Source of the DNA: Isurus oxyrinchus
Taxonomy: Eukaryota
Direction of reading: 5' to 3'
DNA: 64,000 nucleotides
Assembly (NCBI GenBank): GCA_026770705.1
Contig: JANJGN010000021.1
Location: 89,032,001 to 89,096,000 of the forward strand
The notes under the pieces were generated by a model that did not search any database, had not been told where the DNA came from, and worked only from the letters and a program-made list of their open reading frames with translations. Shown piece by piece: positions 52,690 through 64,000 of the stretch. The position numbers and the translations under genes were made by a program. Position 1 is the first letter of the stretch, and each line of letters opens with the position of its first letter.

Positions 52690-54182
52690 GGGCTGTCACT
52701 ATGTTCCATTGTAAATATAAATAGAAAATGCTGGAAAAACTCAGCAAATCTAGCAGCATCCGTGGAGAGAGAGAAACAGAGTTAACATTTCAAGTCCGTA
52801 TAACTTCTTCAGAGTTCTAAGGATGGGCGTCACCAATTTACAAGAAGATTCAATAGATTATTTATTTTAGCCAATACAGGTGCATGTTCTGGACACGTCT
52901 TAGTTTGTTAGACTACACCCACAGCTAACTGGTGTTGAAAATATCCAGCTCATGGTTCCTGTGCTTTAGAATATAACTTTTAGTTTTAGGAATTACATTT
53001 CAACTGTAGAAAATAGGATAAATGCAACAAAAACAGCTTGGAGTCTATTACACCTAAAAGGTTGGGGCCATATTGATTTAAGGGGTTAGCAGCTGGAAAA
53101 GTAAAATCCTAAAATAGCAGATGGGCTTAGCATGAGACATGATGTCTACACTGTTTGAGAAAAAATGTAGTCCAAAGAGATGTTTTGTTTTGGGAGTTTG
53201 CTTTTAAAGTAATTCAATTTTTTCAGTGAACCCATTTACTTCATGAGATTGCAGAAGGAATTCTAAATAAGGGATAATTAATCCCTAAAGGGCTGGCAGG
53301 GGCTGGGTGCACTGTCAACTTACTGAAGCTAGCAATCTGCCGGAGATGCCCATGCAGCTTAAGTGCTGTTATTAACCGGTCCTGCTCAGTTGTGGTTCCA
53401 GGAAGACCAAGGAGCCATTTGGTAGTTCCATGCAGTTGGGGTTCAGGAGAAGTCTTGGGGAACTGAGAAGATGGTGGGTGAAAGGTCACTGTCTGACTGC
53501 TGCTCAGGGGAAAATGGCTCAGAAGAAACCCAGTGTAGCTGAGGGTTGGGGCTCAAGAAAGTCCAGGGCAGTATTTGTTTAGTGCAGCTGGGGAGACTGG
53601 AGTTCAAAGAATCACAGGGAGTGGGTAGGGGCAATGCCAACTTACTGAAGCTGGCAGTCTGCCAGACAGTTGGAAATGTGTTGGTAATTAGAGAACAATT
53701 TTGTGAATCCCATGGAATGCAATCTCAGGAGAAAAAATTAAACCATTGGGAGATGAGCAGTCATTCAGGCAGTTCATGTTGGAGCAGGTCTTGAGGGAAT
53801 TCAGAGGCTAGCTCTTCTAAAGTGAAGGATTGAAATCCCTCATGAGGGAGACAGAGTTATAATAAGATTTTATGACTCAGTGGTTACTGAGGTCTGGGAG
53901 CTTTGTGAGAAACCTATGGGATCTGCCATGTAATGTGAAGTATGGTATGTTTGACCACTGTGTGTCTGTTAATCTATTATTTATCTTATATTAATTCTGA
54001 ATGTTAAGGGTATAAGATAGATATTGTAGATTGTTTTACTTTTCTGACTTTGTATCGTAAAGTTTCTTTTGTTTGTTTAAAACTGTGGAATCTTGTAGCT
54101 TTATTCTCCTTGTGGGTAACTGGGATTTCAAACCTGGTCTACTTTAAACAAAAAGCTCCTGTTCCCTAATTGGATTGTAACA
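52690..54182 (+). mobile_element. Probable Gypsy-like solo LTR with internal duplicated block; short PLE tail at ~52717-52817
   Basis: Ends GTAACA; caacttactgaagct repeated at ~53316 and ~53638; left boundary uncertain. Confidence 0.35.
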
Positions 54183-57130
54183 TTGCGAGGCGGTGGTGTA
54201 GTGTAGTGGTATTATCACTGGACTGATATTTCAGAGTTCCAGGGTAATTCTCTTGAGATCAGGGTTTGAAACCCTCCAGAGCAGATGGTGGGATATGAAT
54301 TTAATTTTTTAAAAAAAAGCAATTAAAAACCAAAAGATGACTATAAATCCATTGTTGTAAAAACTCATTTGGTCACTAATACACTTTAGGGAAGAAATCT
54401 GCCATCCTTACTGGTCTGATCTACTCCAGACCCACAGACATGTGGTTGACACTTAAATGCCCTTTGAACAAGGGCAATTAGGAATGGGCAAGAAATGTTA
54501 GCCTAGCCAGTGACATCTACATCCCATGAATGAGATTTTAAAAATGACAATATGACACCTTCCTTCAGGGGCTGATCACTTACATTATTTTAAAGTGATC
54601 CCACACAAAGGCTTATCAGGGAATTATTGGAATAGTCACATCTTGAGGATGTGGATGGACTCATGAGTGACAAAAGGAGAGAGAACGAAGGGGCGCTCAG
54701 TTCCTGATCATCCAAATTGTCCAAACAATTGGACACAGTGGGGATTCAGGTAACGTAGAAAAAATAGAGCTTAATTATAAACAGAGGAGAGTGAGTAGAC
54801 AATATAAGTTTTTAACCACTTATAAAAACAAGCATTTGGATTCATGACCCCACATCAAAGACAGCTGATCCTTTAATAAGCTCTTTGAGCTGTCAATCAA
54901 ACTGAACTGGATAATATCAGAACTTGGACTGGTCTCTCTATGGGACAGGCAGTGAAAGCAGGGGAGAACAGAAATCAGTGGAAAGAGATTGTTCATAGTG
55001 TGGCCAACCATCAGAACAATGACAGATGAAAGACAAGGCAAGGAGATATTCAGCAGTTCTGGCAGCATATATGGAGAGGGAAATAGTTAACATTTCAGGC
55101 AAATGACCTGTCATTGGATTCCCCTATCTTATCATGACTCCTATAAGGTAGAGAAGCACAACACTTCAAATTTTTAGATGAATTCCTCAGAGAATTTCTA
55201 GCCTCAGTTTTGGGGAAGTTTTGGCTAAGTGCCCCAGAAAATCTCCCTATGTATGTTAAGATGTCTCTTCACAGCTCCACAGCAAGTGGGCATGAAATGG
55301 TGCATATCCCTTTAAATATTGTTTGAAATCCATATCAACTGTGTCATTCCTAAACAGCTCATTGCTGTTAGAAGGTGAGAGGACAAACTCCTCCCACCAA
55401 AGTACTCAGCAACCTCTTGAATGAGATCTAAGAGGTATTTTAAGTTGCAATCAGTTGCTTAATGATCCTCTGGCAGCCGGTCCAAGCACAAACTTCAACT
55501 CCTTTACCAAAATGTATCTGGTGCTAAATATAGACTGAGCCAGTGTTTCAGCCCAACACCCAATCTTTGCCACCTTGGAGGGTTGTTAGCTCCTGAACAC
55601 TGGCAAAAATCACCCCTGTAGGCTTTTAAAATGCACAATTTTCTTCAGAGGATTGGGGATTGTGAGGGAGTAGATTGCTGCAATATACAAGGCAAGGGGT
55701 TCCTGTTGCTGTACTGCATAACATATAATGAAAGCTATGACTCAGGAAAAGCAGGAATAGAAAATAGTGATATGATATGGTGGGACATGGAGGCCCCTCA
55801 TTCCTGTCTAGAAATATGTTCAAATATCTAGACTTATAGTACACTCCATAACGTGGAATCCAGCAGGAACCCGAATCGTTCAGTTGGAATTTTTGCTGAA
55901 CTTCATGATCGGGTAATGTGAAAAGAGTAGGACAGGCCATTCTCATGATTTCCACCTAGTTCCCCACACAGGGATGTAGGATTACACGTGTGTTACTCAG
56001 CAATGAACTTGGAGAGGTTGATTGAGGGGTTCAGGAGATGTGTGTTTGTGGCTTCATGTATTAGTAGCATACATCTACATAGTACTGAAGTGGACTGAAG
56101 TATTGTCCTGGATTATGTGTTCACTCCCTGCAGTGGAACTGAATTTACAACCTTCTGGCTTAGTGATGAAAGCACTACCAACACTGGAAGTATCAAAGCC
56201 AGTTTCCCTCCGCTTTAATTATACTGTTATCAATCTCCAAAACTAAGAAAAGGAGATATGTTTATTAGCCTGAACAAGGGGAAGCCTGCACCTTTTCCCT
56301 GATACAAGTACTTCTGGAGTTTAACTCATTTTGCAGAATGTGCTAATTTTAGTTAATCTTGTCTTGGCTAAATTAACTATCTTGCCTCATGCCTTTATGC
56401 CCAGTATAGTCCTTGGATGTCTTCAATCTCGGTTCTTCGGTCACCTCGATGTTCCATCTTAGCACCATGAGACAAACTTCATACGCAGGGCTACGCTACG
56501 ATCGGGCTACATATATTAATATAAAAGAATTGAAGAAACAGTTACAGAGTTTAAAAGTTTTTATATATTAAAAGGTGAATAATATGTTGGTACAAGTGCA
56601 ACCACATCTTTCCTGTAACGCAGTGATCAGAATTGTACACAGTATCCTAGCCATGGCCTAACTAGTGTTTTATTCAGTTTTGGCATAACCTTCCTCCTTT
56701 TACATTTTATGCCCCAAGCTAATAAAGACAAGTGTCCTACCTTAACCACTGCATCTATCTCTCTGTTATGTTCAGGGATCTGCAGACATGCACAGAGTCA
56801 CAGAGTTTTAATGGCACAGAAGGAGGCCATTTGGCTAATTGTGTCTGCACCGGCTCGCCAAATCAGTATTGTGACCTAGTGTCATTGCGCTGCCTTTTCC
56901 CCAAACCCTTGGACATTGTTTGTATTCGAATAATCATCTAATGCCCTCTTGAATGCCTCGATTGAACCTGCCTCCACCACATTTCCAGGCAGTACATTCC
57001 AGACCTGAAACAGTCGCTAGATGAAAAAGTTTTTTCTCACGTCTTATTTGCTTCTTTTGCAAATCACTTTAAAACTGTGTCCTCTTGTTCTTGATTCTTT
57101 TCCGAGTGGGAACAGCTTCTCCCTATCACG

Positions 57131-58360
57131 TTGAACAATTTCTCCTTCAACTCCTCTCACTTTCTCCAAATAAAAGGTGTGGCTATGGGTACCCGCATGG
57201 GCCCCAGCTATGCCTGTCTCTTTATGGGATATGTGGAACATTCCTTGTTGCAGTCCTACCCCGGCCCCCTTCCACAACTTTTTCTCCGGTACATCGATGA
57301 TTACTTCGGTGCTGCTTCATGCCCTCGTCGGGACTTGGAAAAATTTATTAATTTTGCTTCCAATCTCCACCCCTCCATCATTTTCACGTGGTCCATCTCT
57401 GACACTTCCCTTCCCTTCCTTGACCTCTCTGTCTCAATCTCTGGTGATAGACTGTCCACCAATATCCACTACAAACCCACCGACTCCCACAGCTACCTCG
57501 ACTACAGCTCCTCACACCCCGCTTCCTGTAAGGACTCCATCCCATTCTCCCAGTTCCTTCGCCTTCGTCGCATCTGTTCCGATGATGCTACCTTCAAAAA
57601 CGGTTCCTCTGACATGTCCTCCTTCTTCCTTAACCGAGGTTTTCCACCCACGGTCGTTGACAGGGCCCTCAACCGTGTCCGGCCCATCTCCCGCGCATCC
57701 GCCCTCACGCCTTCTCCTCCCTCCCAGAAACATGATAGGGTCCCCCTTGTCCTCACTTATCACCCCACCAGCCTCCGCATTCAAAGGATCATCCTCCGCC
57801 ATTTCCGCCAACTCCAGCATGATGCCACCACCAATCACATCTTCCCTTCACCCCCCTTATCGGCATTCCGTAGAGATCGCTCCCTCCGGGACACCCTGGT
57901 CCACTCCTCCATCACCCCCTACTCCTCAACCCCCTCCTATGGCACCACCCCATGCCCACGCAAAAGATGTAACACCTGCCCCTTCACTTCCTCTCTCCTC
58001 ACCGTCCAAGGGCCCAAACATTCCTTTCAAGTGAAGCAGCATTTCACTTGCATTTCCCCCAACTTAGTCTACTGCATTCGTTGCTCCCAATGTGGTCTCC
58101 TCTACATTGGAGAGACCAAACGTAAACTGGGCGACTGCTTTGCAGAACACCTGCGGTCTGTCCGCAAGAATGACCCAAACCTCCCTGTGGCTTGCCATTT
58201 TAACACTCCACCCTGCTCTCTTGCCCACATGTCTGTCCTTGGCTTACTACATTGTTCCAGTGAAGCCCAACGCAAACTGGAGGAACAACACCTCATCTTC
58301 CGACTAGGCACCTTACAGCCTTCCGGTCTGAATATTGAATTCAATAACTTTAGGTCGTGA
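57131..58360 (+). CDS. PLE polyprotein fragment: RT (GVAMG, YIDD), thumb, Cys linker (CPRKRCNTC), GIY-YIG endonuclease
   Basis: 409-aa stop-free ORF lacking the N-terminus. Confidence 0.9.
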   Translation: MNNFSFNSSHFLQIKGVAMGTRMGPSYACLFMGYVEHSLLQSYPGPLPQLFLRYIDDYFGAASCPRRDLEKFINFASNLHPSIIFTWSISDTSLPFLDLSVSISGDRLSTNIHYKPTDSHSYLDYSSSHPASCKDSIPFSQFLRLRRICSDDATFKNGSSDMSSFFLNRGFPPTVVDRALNRVRPISRASALTPSPPSQKHDRVPLVLTYHPTSLRIQRIILRHFRQLQHDATTNHIFPSPPLSAFRRDRSLRDTLVHSSITPYSSTPSYGTTPCPRKRCNTCPFTSSLLTVQGPKHSFQVKQHFTCISPNLVYCIRCSQCGLLYIGETKRKLGDCFAEHLRSVRKNDPNLPVACHFNTPPCSLAHMSVLGLLHCSSEAQRKLEEQHLIFRLGTLQPSGLNIEFNNFRS

Positions 58361-58776
58361 GCTCCCTCCCCCATCCCCACCCCCTTTCTGTTTCCCCCTT
58401 TTTTCCCCCCTTTTTTTTTTCCCTATAAATTTTATAGATTTTTCTTTTCCCACCTATTTCCATTATTTTTAAATATTTTAAAATCCTTTATGCTCCCCCC
58501 ACCCCCACTAGAGCTGTACCTTGAGTGCCCTACCATCCATTCTTAATTAGCACATTCGTTTAGATAATATCACCAACTTTAACTTTAACACCTATGTGTT
58601 CTTTTGTCCCATTGTTACTGACATCTTTTGATGATCTGCTTCTATCACTGCTTGTTTGTCTACACAAGCACCTCTGTCTCTCTCTCTCTCTCCTTCCCCC
58701 CCCCCCCCCCCCCCCCCCCCCCCCACACACACCTTAAACCAGCTTATATTTCAACTCTTTCCTGGACTCGAAATCA

Positions 58777-58815
58777 AGTTCTGTCGAAGGGTCATGAGGA
58801 CTCGAAACGTCAACT
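58777..58815 (+). ncRNA. Minimal hammerhead ribozyme-like motif, predicted cleavage after GUC at 58811
   Basis: Stem I AGTT/AACT, core CTGTCGA+A, stem II GGGTC/GACTC, GAAA, palindromic ACGT. Confidence 0.62.
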
Positions 58816-59345
58816 CTTTTCTCCTCCGCCGATGCTGCCAGACCTACTGAGTTTTTCCAGGTAATTCTGTTTTTGTTTTAGATTTCCAGCATCCGCAGTT
58901 TTCTTTGTTTTCATCTCCCTATTTAATCTGTCCAGCCCCCTCATGATTTTGAATATCTCTAACAAATCTCCTCTTAGCCTTCTTCCCTCTAAGGAGAACA
59001 GTTCCAACCTCTCCAATCTATCTTAGTAACTAAAGTTTCCTATCCCTGGAACCATTCTTGTAAACATCTTCTGCACTCTCTCTAATGTGTTCACATCCTT
59101 CCTACAATGTGGCAACCAGAACTACACAATACTCCATCTCAGGTCTAACGAGTGTCTTGTATAAATTCAGCATAACCTCCTTGCTCTCGTAGTCAAGAAC
59201 AAGGGACTTTTACGGCACCCTCACAGCATAGAGGAGACGAAAAGAGTATTCAAGAGTTCACTCACAGAACAATCAAAGTGACAAAGCTTATACTCTTAGC
59301 CACACGGCCCCTAAGTGCCATTGCTCACGACCACCCTAGAGCAGT

Positions 59346-59578
59346 AATAAAACAAAAAAACTGCGGATGCTGGAAATCCAAAACAAAAACAGAATTACCT
59401 GGAAAAACTCAGCAGGTCTGGCAGCATCGGCGGAGAAGAAAAGAGTTGACGTTTCGAGTCCTCATGACCCTTCGACAGAACTGAAGGGTTATGAGGACTC
59501 GAAACGTCAACTCTTTTCTTCTCCGCCGATGCTGCCAGACCTGCTGAGTTTTTCCAGGTAATTCTGTTTTTGTTTTGT
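59346..59578. mobile_element. Mini palindromic PLE derivative (~95-bp arms, 9-nt loop)
   Basis: TSD caccctagagcagt at 59332-59345 and 59579-59592. Confidence 0.92.
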
Positions 59579-59588
59579 CACCCTAGAG

Positions 59589-59902
59589 CAGTGATGGGCA
59601 ACCGAGGCTAGTGAGTGGGCTATGAGTGACCCCCCTTCATCTCAGTGGGCTGCAAGATTGAAAGCGGGCATCGTAGCAATGCTTTGATTGGAGCAGAGGA
59701 AGAGCGCAGTTCCCACAGTCAATGTTGTGTACAATCTTCATGGACCTCACTTTGTGTGTGGATCACTTTAGTAATACCAGTAAGAAAAAAATTACGTGGA
59801 TGGAAACCAGTGGAATCTGGCAACTCTTCAACGACAAAATGTCTCATGGGCCGCACTCAGAACCCTTAAGCCACACGCAGCCCGCGTTCTGCACTACCAC
59901 TG
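59589..59902. mobile_element. Possible hAT-type MITE remnant
   Basis: CAGTG...CACTG termini, subterminal gggccgca motif; a similar hAT-like end at ~49856. Confidence 0.4.
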
Positions 59903-59909
59903 ACCTGGG

Positions 59910-61337
59910 GAGACTCTTCTCTCTCTCAAAAAAAAACAACTGAATATCATACCAACAACTGAAAACAACACACGGAACCAAACCACACAGAAAATCAGAC
60001 AGACACAAGAATTACAAATATCCCTACAGCTGACACACACACACACACTTTTCCTTTTTCATGGTCACATATAACAAATCTCACTGTGGGTTGTTTCTAA
60101 CCTAACTTACTCTGACCATCGTCTTTAAATTCAAAGTTTACTTCATTTCTCTCAATTTCCCTGTGTACACAAAAAATACCGACAGCTGCAAAACTAGTTA
60201 GTTTCAATTTAAAAACAATTAAACTGTAACACCCGTTTAATGCATTTACTGACTCCTAAGTAGCTACTGATAACTATAATCATGCCCTTTTCTCCCTTGT
60301 CCTTGTTCTGGGCATCTCATCACCCCTTCTACTCAGCTGGGACAGGGGGCGGAAACCCCACCCTTTCTTTCTCTTTTTCTCTATTAGTTTCCTATTTCTG
60401 TCTGCTAAAAAAATTGGTTATCGACTCTTCCTGTCCACACTCATTCTCATCTAGTCTGGACATGGTTATACAGTACCTCGCCTCTGGCCTGCGCGGTGGC
60501 TGTTCTGACCAGCCTGTCTCTCCACCTGACCTGTCGCCAAGGGATGGTTCTGACCTTTCTACTGGCCGCTCGTGGTTGACTGCACAGCTTACCTTCAGCC
60601 GACTCTCGGGTTTGGGTCTCTGCAAACTGTATCACACGATGGCCAGAAAAGTACTCACCTGCCTGGTATAACCAACTGATCAGTTCCTCAGTCATTGGCG
60701 GAGACCCTGCTCACAACCCCAATTGTTGTGGAGTATCTAAAAGACACTTGGCACAGTGTCAGCTGTAGGTAAAAACACGCAGCATTTTATTCAGTATAAG
60801 TATAGGAGCAGGGGAATTGCTCTGTCGGAATGGCCTGAGAGGCAATTCAAAGATACACAGTTTCTGTCAGTTATTGAAACCATTTTTGGGATACCTTATC
60901 ATTAACTCACAATATTCTTATCTTATATTTCTAGTTCAGTACATCCACAATTACAGATGAGTTTACAAAACAATCAAGGAATGACCTGTTCTATGCGTCC
61001 ACAATTACAGAGGAATTTATAAAATGACTAGAGGATGACCTGACCATTAGCACAAACAAGATTGACAGTTTATTCCAAAATGCAAACTTTGCTTATCTAT
61101 CCTGACGTCTTACTGCAGTGCCTAGTCATCTGCACAGCTTAGCTTGACCCAGAGGTCAGGCAATCATACCTTAGCTTGACCCTGCGGTCAGGCAAACAGT
61201 TTTGTTACAGTACAGCTCATAAAGCATTCATCAACATATTTTATCCTGACCCAAAGCTCACATTCCTTCGCTTATCATGTACAAGCCCATTGACTATTCA
61301 TCAACATCTTGGCCATAAGATCACATCCGTTACTACA
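59910..61337 (-). mobile_element. LTR retroelement/ERV 5' fragment: LTR 60724-61337, PBS 60704-60721, leader with splice donor
   Basis: TGTAGT...ACAACA LTR ends, AATAAA near 60786-60791, internal tandem repeats, PBS TGGGGTTGTGAGCAGGGT, AG|GTGAGT at ~60653-60660. Confidence 0.65.
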
Positions 61338-61724
61338 GAAATGCTAGTTTTTTTATACTGCAAACACTTAAAAGTTATATTCCTAACTTGCCCAAGCTTG
61401 GGTGATCCCATGATGCATCATGATACACCACTTCATACTGTAAAAAATACCCATAGTTAACACCAAAACAATTATGATCCAAACAAATTATGATAATACA
61501 CACCAATACTGTAATAATACACTCAAATACAAGTAGTCCATTCTCACTGCTTGTGATAGAAATGACCATTTTGCACTTTTTGTCCATGCTGAGGTGGGGG
61601 TTGCCATTGCTTGGAAATGGAACGCTTTCCTATTCCCGGCACATAGCAACAATAATAAGCACATCCAGGTCAGAGGCCAAGAAGGAATAAAAAAGAAAAT
61701 AAACTGTAAAATTTGTTGCGGACA

Positions 61725-62290
61725 TAGAAGAACATAATTAATAGAAGCAGGAGTAGGCCATTCGGCCCCTCGAGCCTGCTCCATCATCCAATAAGATCAT
61801 GACTGATCTGATTGAGGCGTCAACTCCACTTTACTGTCTGTACCCCATAACTCTTGATTCCCTTGTCAACCAAAAATCTGTCTAACTCAGCCTTGGATAT
61901 ATATATTCACTGAAACAGCCTCCACTGCACTGTGGGGAAGAGAATTCCACAGACTAATGGCCCTCTTAGAAAACAAAATCCTCCTTATTTTAGTCATAAA
62001 TGGGAGTTCCCTTATTTTTACACTGTGCCCCTAGTCTCCCCCACAAGAGGAACCATCCTTTCAGCATCCAACCAGTCAAGTCCCCTTAGGATCTTATATG
62101 TTTCAATAAGATCAACTATCATTCTTCTAACCCCAATGGTCATAGGCCTAACCACTCAACTTTCTTCATAAGATAACCCCTTTAGCCCAAGAATCAGATG
62201 AGTGAAACACCTCTGACTGCTTCTAAAGCAATTATATCCTATCGTAAGTAAGCAGACCAAAACTGCACACAGTAGTGCAGGTGTCAGCCC
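61725..62290 (-). mobile_element. CR1 LINE 3' end
   Basis: CR1 3' UTR and LKGLSYEE motif. Confidence 0.8.
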
Positions 62291-62439
62291 ACATGCACTG
62301 TAGTCAACTCCACCCACAAAGTCCCAAGAGCCTTCCCCTGGCAATTTTCTTCATCACTTGTTTGTCAATTTTTATCATTGGATCAGCTTGAAAAATGATG
62401 GTGCTGAGGTATTACTGCCAGATCAGCTTCCAGTCCACC

Positions 62440-64000
62440 CATGACCGCCAAAATCCTTCCCATCGTGCTGGAAGAGCACCATGTTCAGGTCTTCCTCTCT
62501 CCAATCATTCTCCTTCCCCCTCCCACCCAACTCTCATCCTTGATCCCATTGTTATCGCTGTTGATATCTCTGTCCTCCTCCCTGAACTGTTTGATGCTGA
62601 TGTCCCAAAGCCCCATGTAGACCTGACCCCTCCCCATCTTGAGGCCCATTGTACTGTGACTTACCAACATACCCCAATGAGACCATCAAGTGCCCCCACC
62701 TATATTACCTATTCTGCATTCACAGGCTGCAGATACCTCCCCTGACCGTGACTATGCCATCTGCAGCCTGGTATCAAGCCATCCCCCCACAGCCCCCGGG
62801 ACTGACATATGTGAAGGGCTGACCATGCCCTGCACACCATGCAAGGCATGACTGATATGGGACTGACAGGTCCTCCCTCTCCCTGGACTGGGACCAGGAA
62901 AGACATCCCAAGCACAACTCTAAATTGCGGTAAAGATCCACGGGGCTGACTATGCTTTCTGACCCCAGCTACCTGTTGTGCTATTGCCCAGGATTGTCTG
63001 TGCTTTCCGGCCCTGATTAATTTCCTCCACCCCACCCCTGCCCCCTGAGTCATGTGCCTGTGCTCTCTTCCCCAGTCTCCCCCCAACCCTTCCCCTAATC
63101 ATGTGTCTCTGAGTACCCTTTCCCCTGGGCTCCATTGCCCTCCCCACACCCAGTACAGCCTTTGCCCTCCAGCAACCCCATAACCACCCACCCTGCCCCC
63201 ACACCTCCGCCAACCTCCCCCTCCCCATCCCTACCCCCCTCCCCCCCCACCACCCTCCATCACCTTCCCACTGGTCATGCCTGAGCAGACTTGGCATGGA
63301 TTTTTAAAAAATTTATTTATGGGACGTGGGTGTCGCTGGCTAGGCCAGCATTTATTGCTCATCCTTAATTACCCTTGAGAAGGTGGTGGTGAGCTGCCTT
63401 CTTGAGCCGCTGCAGCCCATGTGATGTAGGTACACCCACTGTGCTGTTAGGGATTGACTCAGCAACAGTGAAGGAATGGTGATATATTTCCAAGTCAGAA
63501 TGGTGAGTGGTTTGGAGGGGCACTTCCAGGTGGTGGTGTTCCTTGTCCTTCTAGATGGTAGCGGTCATGGGTTCGGAAGGTGCTGTCTAAGCAAGCTTGA
63601 GTAATTTTTGCAGTGCATCTTGCCTCCTTAAAGGAGCCACGAGCTCAGCGGAATGGAATGTAGGTGAATGCTGCGCACGCAAACCTCAAGGTCATGAGTG
63701 AAGTGCTGCTCACCAGGTGCACGCCAGTCATATCCGGTTGTGAATCACGCCAGTCTAATTAGCCGCCGACATGGCCACTTGGTCTGGCATGGAGGTGTGC
63801 TTCTGCCGAGCTGGGTTTTAATGAATATTCATTACATGCAAATATATGCAAATGTGGTTCCCGACATGGCATAGGTGGCTACCCATCCAGCCATGAAAGT
63901 CAGGAGCGGATAATTTAAAACTATTTTTACGGCGACTGACGCTTGGGTGCTCTCTACATTTTCCCGTCCCACCTGCTGCGGCAGCTGCTGCTGGTGGGTC
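62440..64000 (-). mobile_element. Possible Harbinger-associated Myb/SANT-type remnant with a LINE tail inserted at ~63310-63620
   Basis: Weak motif resemblance (W.IAQQVAGV..PR...Q.R); GC-rich subterminal sequence. Confidence 0.3.

Larger units (their letters stand above)
57127..58913 (+). mobile_element. Young 5'-truncated Penelope-like retroelement (Neptune-like)
   Basis: TSD tctccctat at 57118-57126 and 58914-58922; uninterrupted ORF; 3' UTR with poly-C tract and hammerhead motif. Confidence 0.95.
56790..59190 (-). mobile_element. CR1 LINE 3' portion split by a PLE insertion
   Basis: LELFSLEGRRLRGDLLEIFKIM continues across the PLE into KLFPLGKESRTRGHSFK. Confidence 0.88.

Noticed and set aside
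57177-58380. Long overlapping Ser/Pro-rich and antisense ORFs repeated in each PLE copy
   Set aside because: Alternative frames of the C-rich PLE coding sequence; recurrence reflects copy identity, not separate genes
782-59578. Recurrent identical motifs suggesting a CRISPR array or DNA-transposon TIRs
   Set aside because: Dispersed retroelement 3' ends with variable-length TSDs; no repeat-spacer periodicity, no cas or associated transposase genes; eukaryotic context

Overview
Eukaryotic, repeat-rich vertebrate DNA. The repeat families (CR1, RTE, tRNA-derived SINEs, Penelope-like elements) suggest a cartilaginous fish; this is an inference. Two convergent spliced Ig-superfamily genes of the CD2/SLAM/CEACAM/HEPACAM type were reconstructed from splice sites and phases. 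(i) A complete 3-exon + strand gene (7727-7802, 10030-10422, 10992-11212; 229 aa) has one Cys-atypical V domain, a transmembrane Arg and a short basic tail, the design of an activating receptor. (ii) A - strand gene has a leader (52318-52378), V (50337-50633), C2 (36632-36901) and hydrophobic exon (35435-35512); its 3' end is unresolved, and its C2 exon is bracketed by a near-perfect 112-bp inverted repeat. The spacer upstream of gene (i) is duplicated downstream of it (1-~7590 vs 14251-~17575). The window holds many Penelope-like retroelements (RT + Cys linker + GIY-YIG) with 9-14 bp TSDs, nested/tandem/inverted structures and minimal hammerhead motifs carrying a fixed U6 core variant. Three ~215-270 bp hairpin insertions consist only of two inverted hammerhead-region termini. 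Also present are a 5' LTR with a tRNA-Ser PBS, probable solo LTRs and DNA transposon remnants. Most ORFs in the supplied track are alternative frames of repeats.
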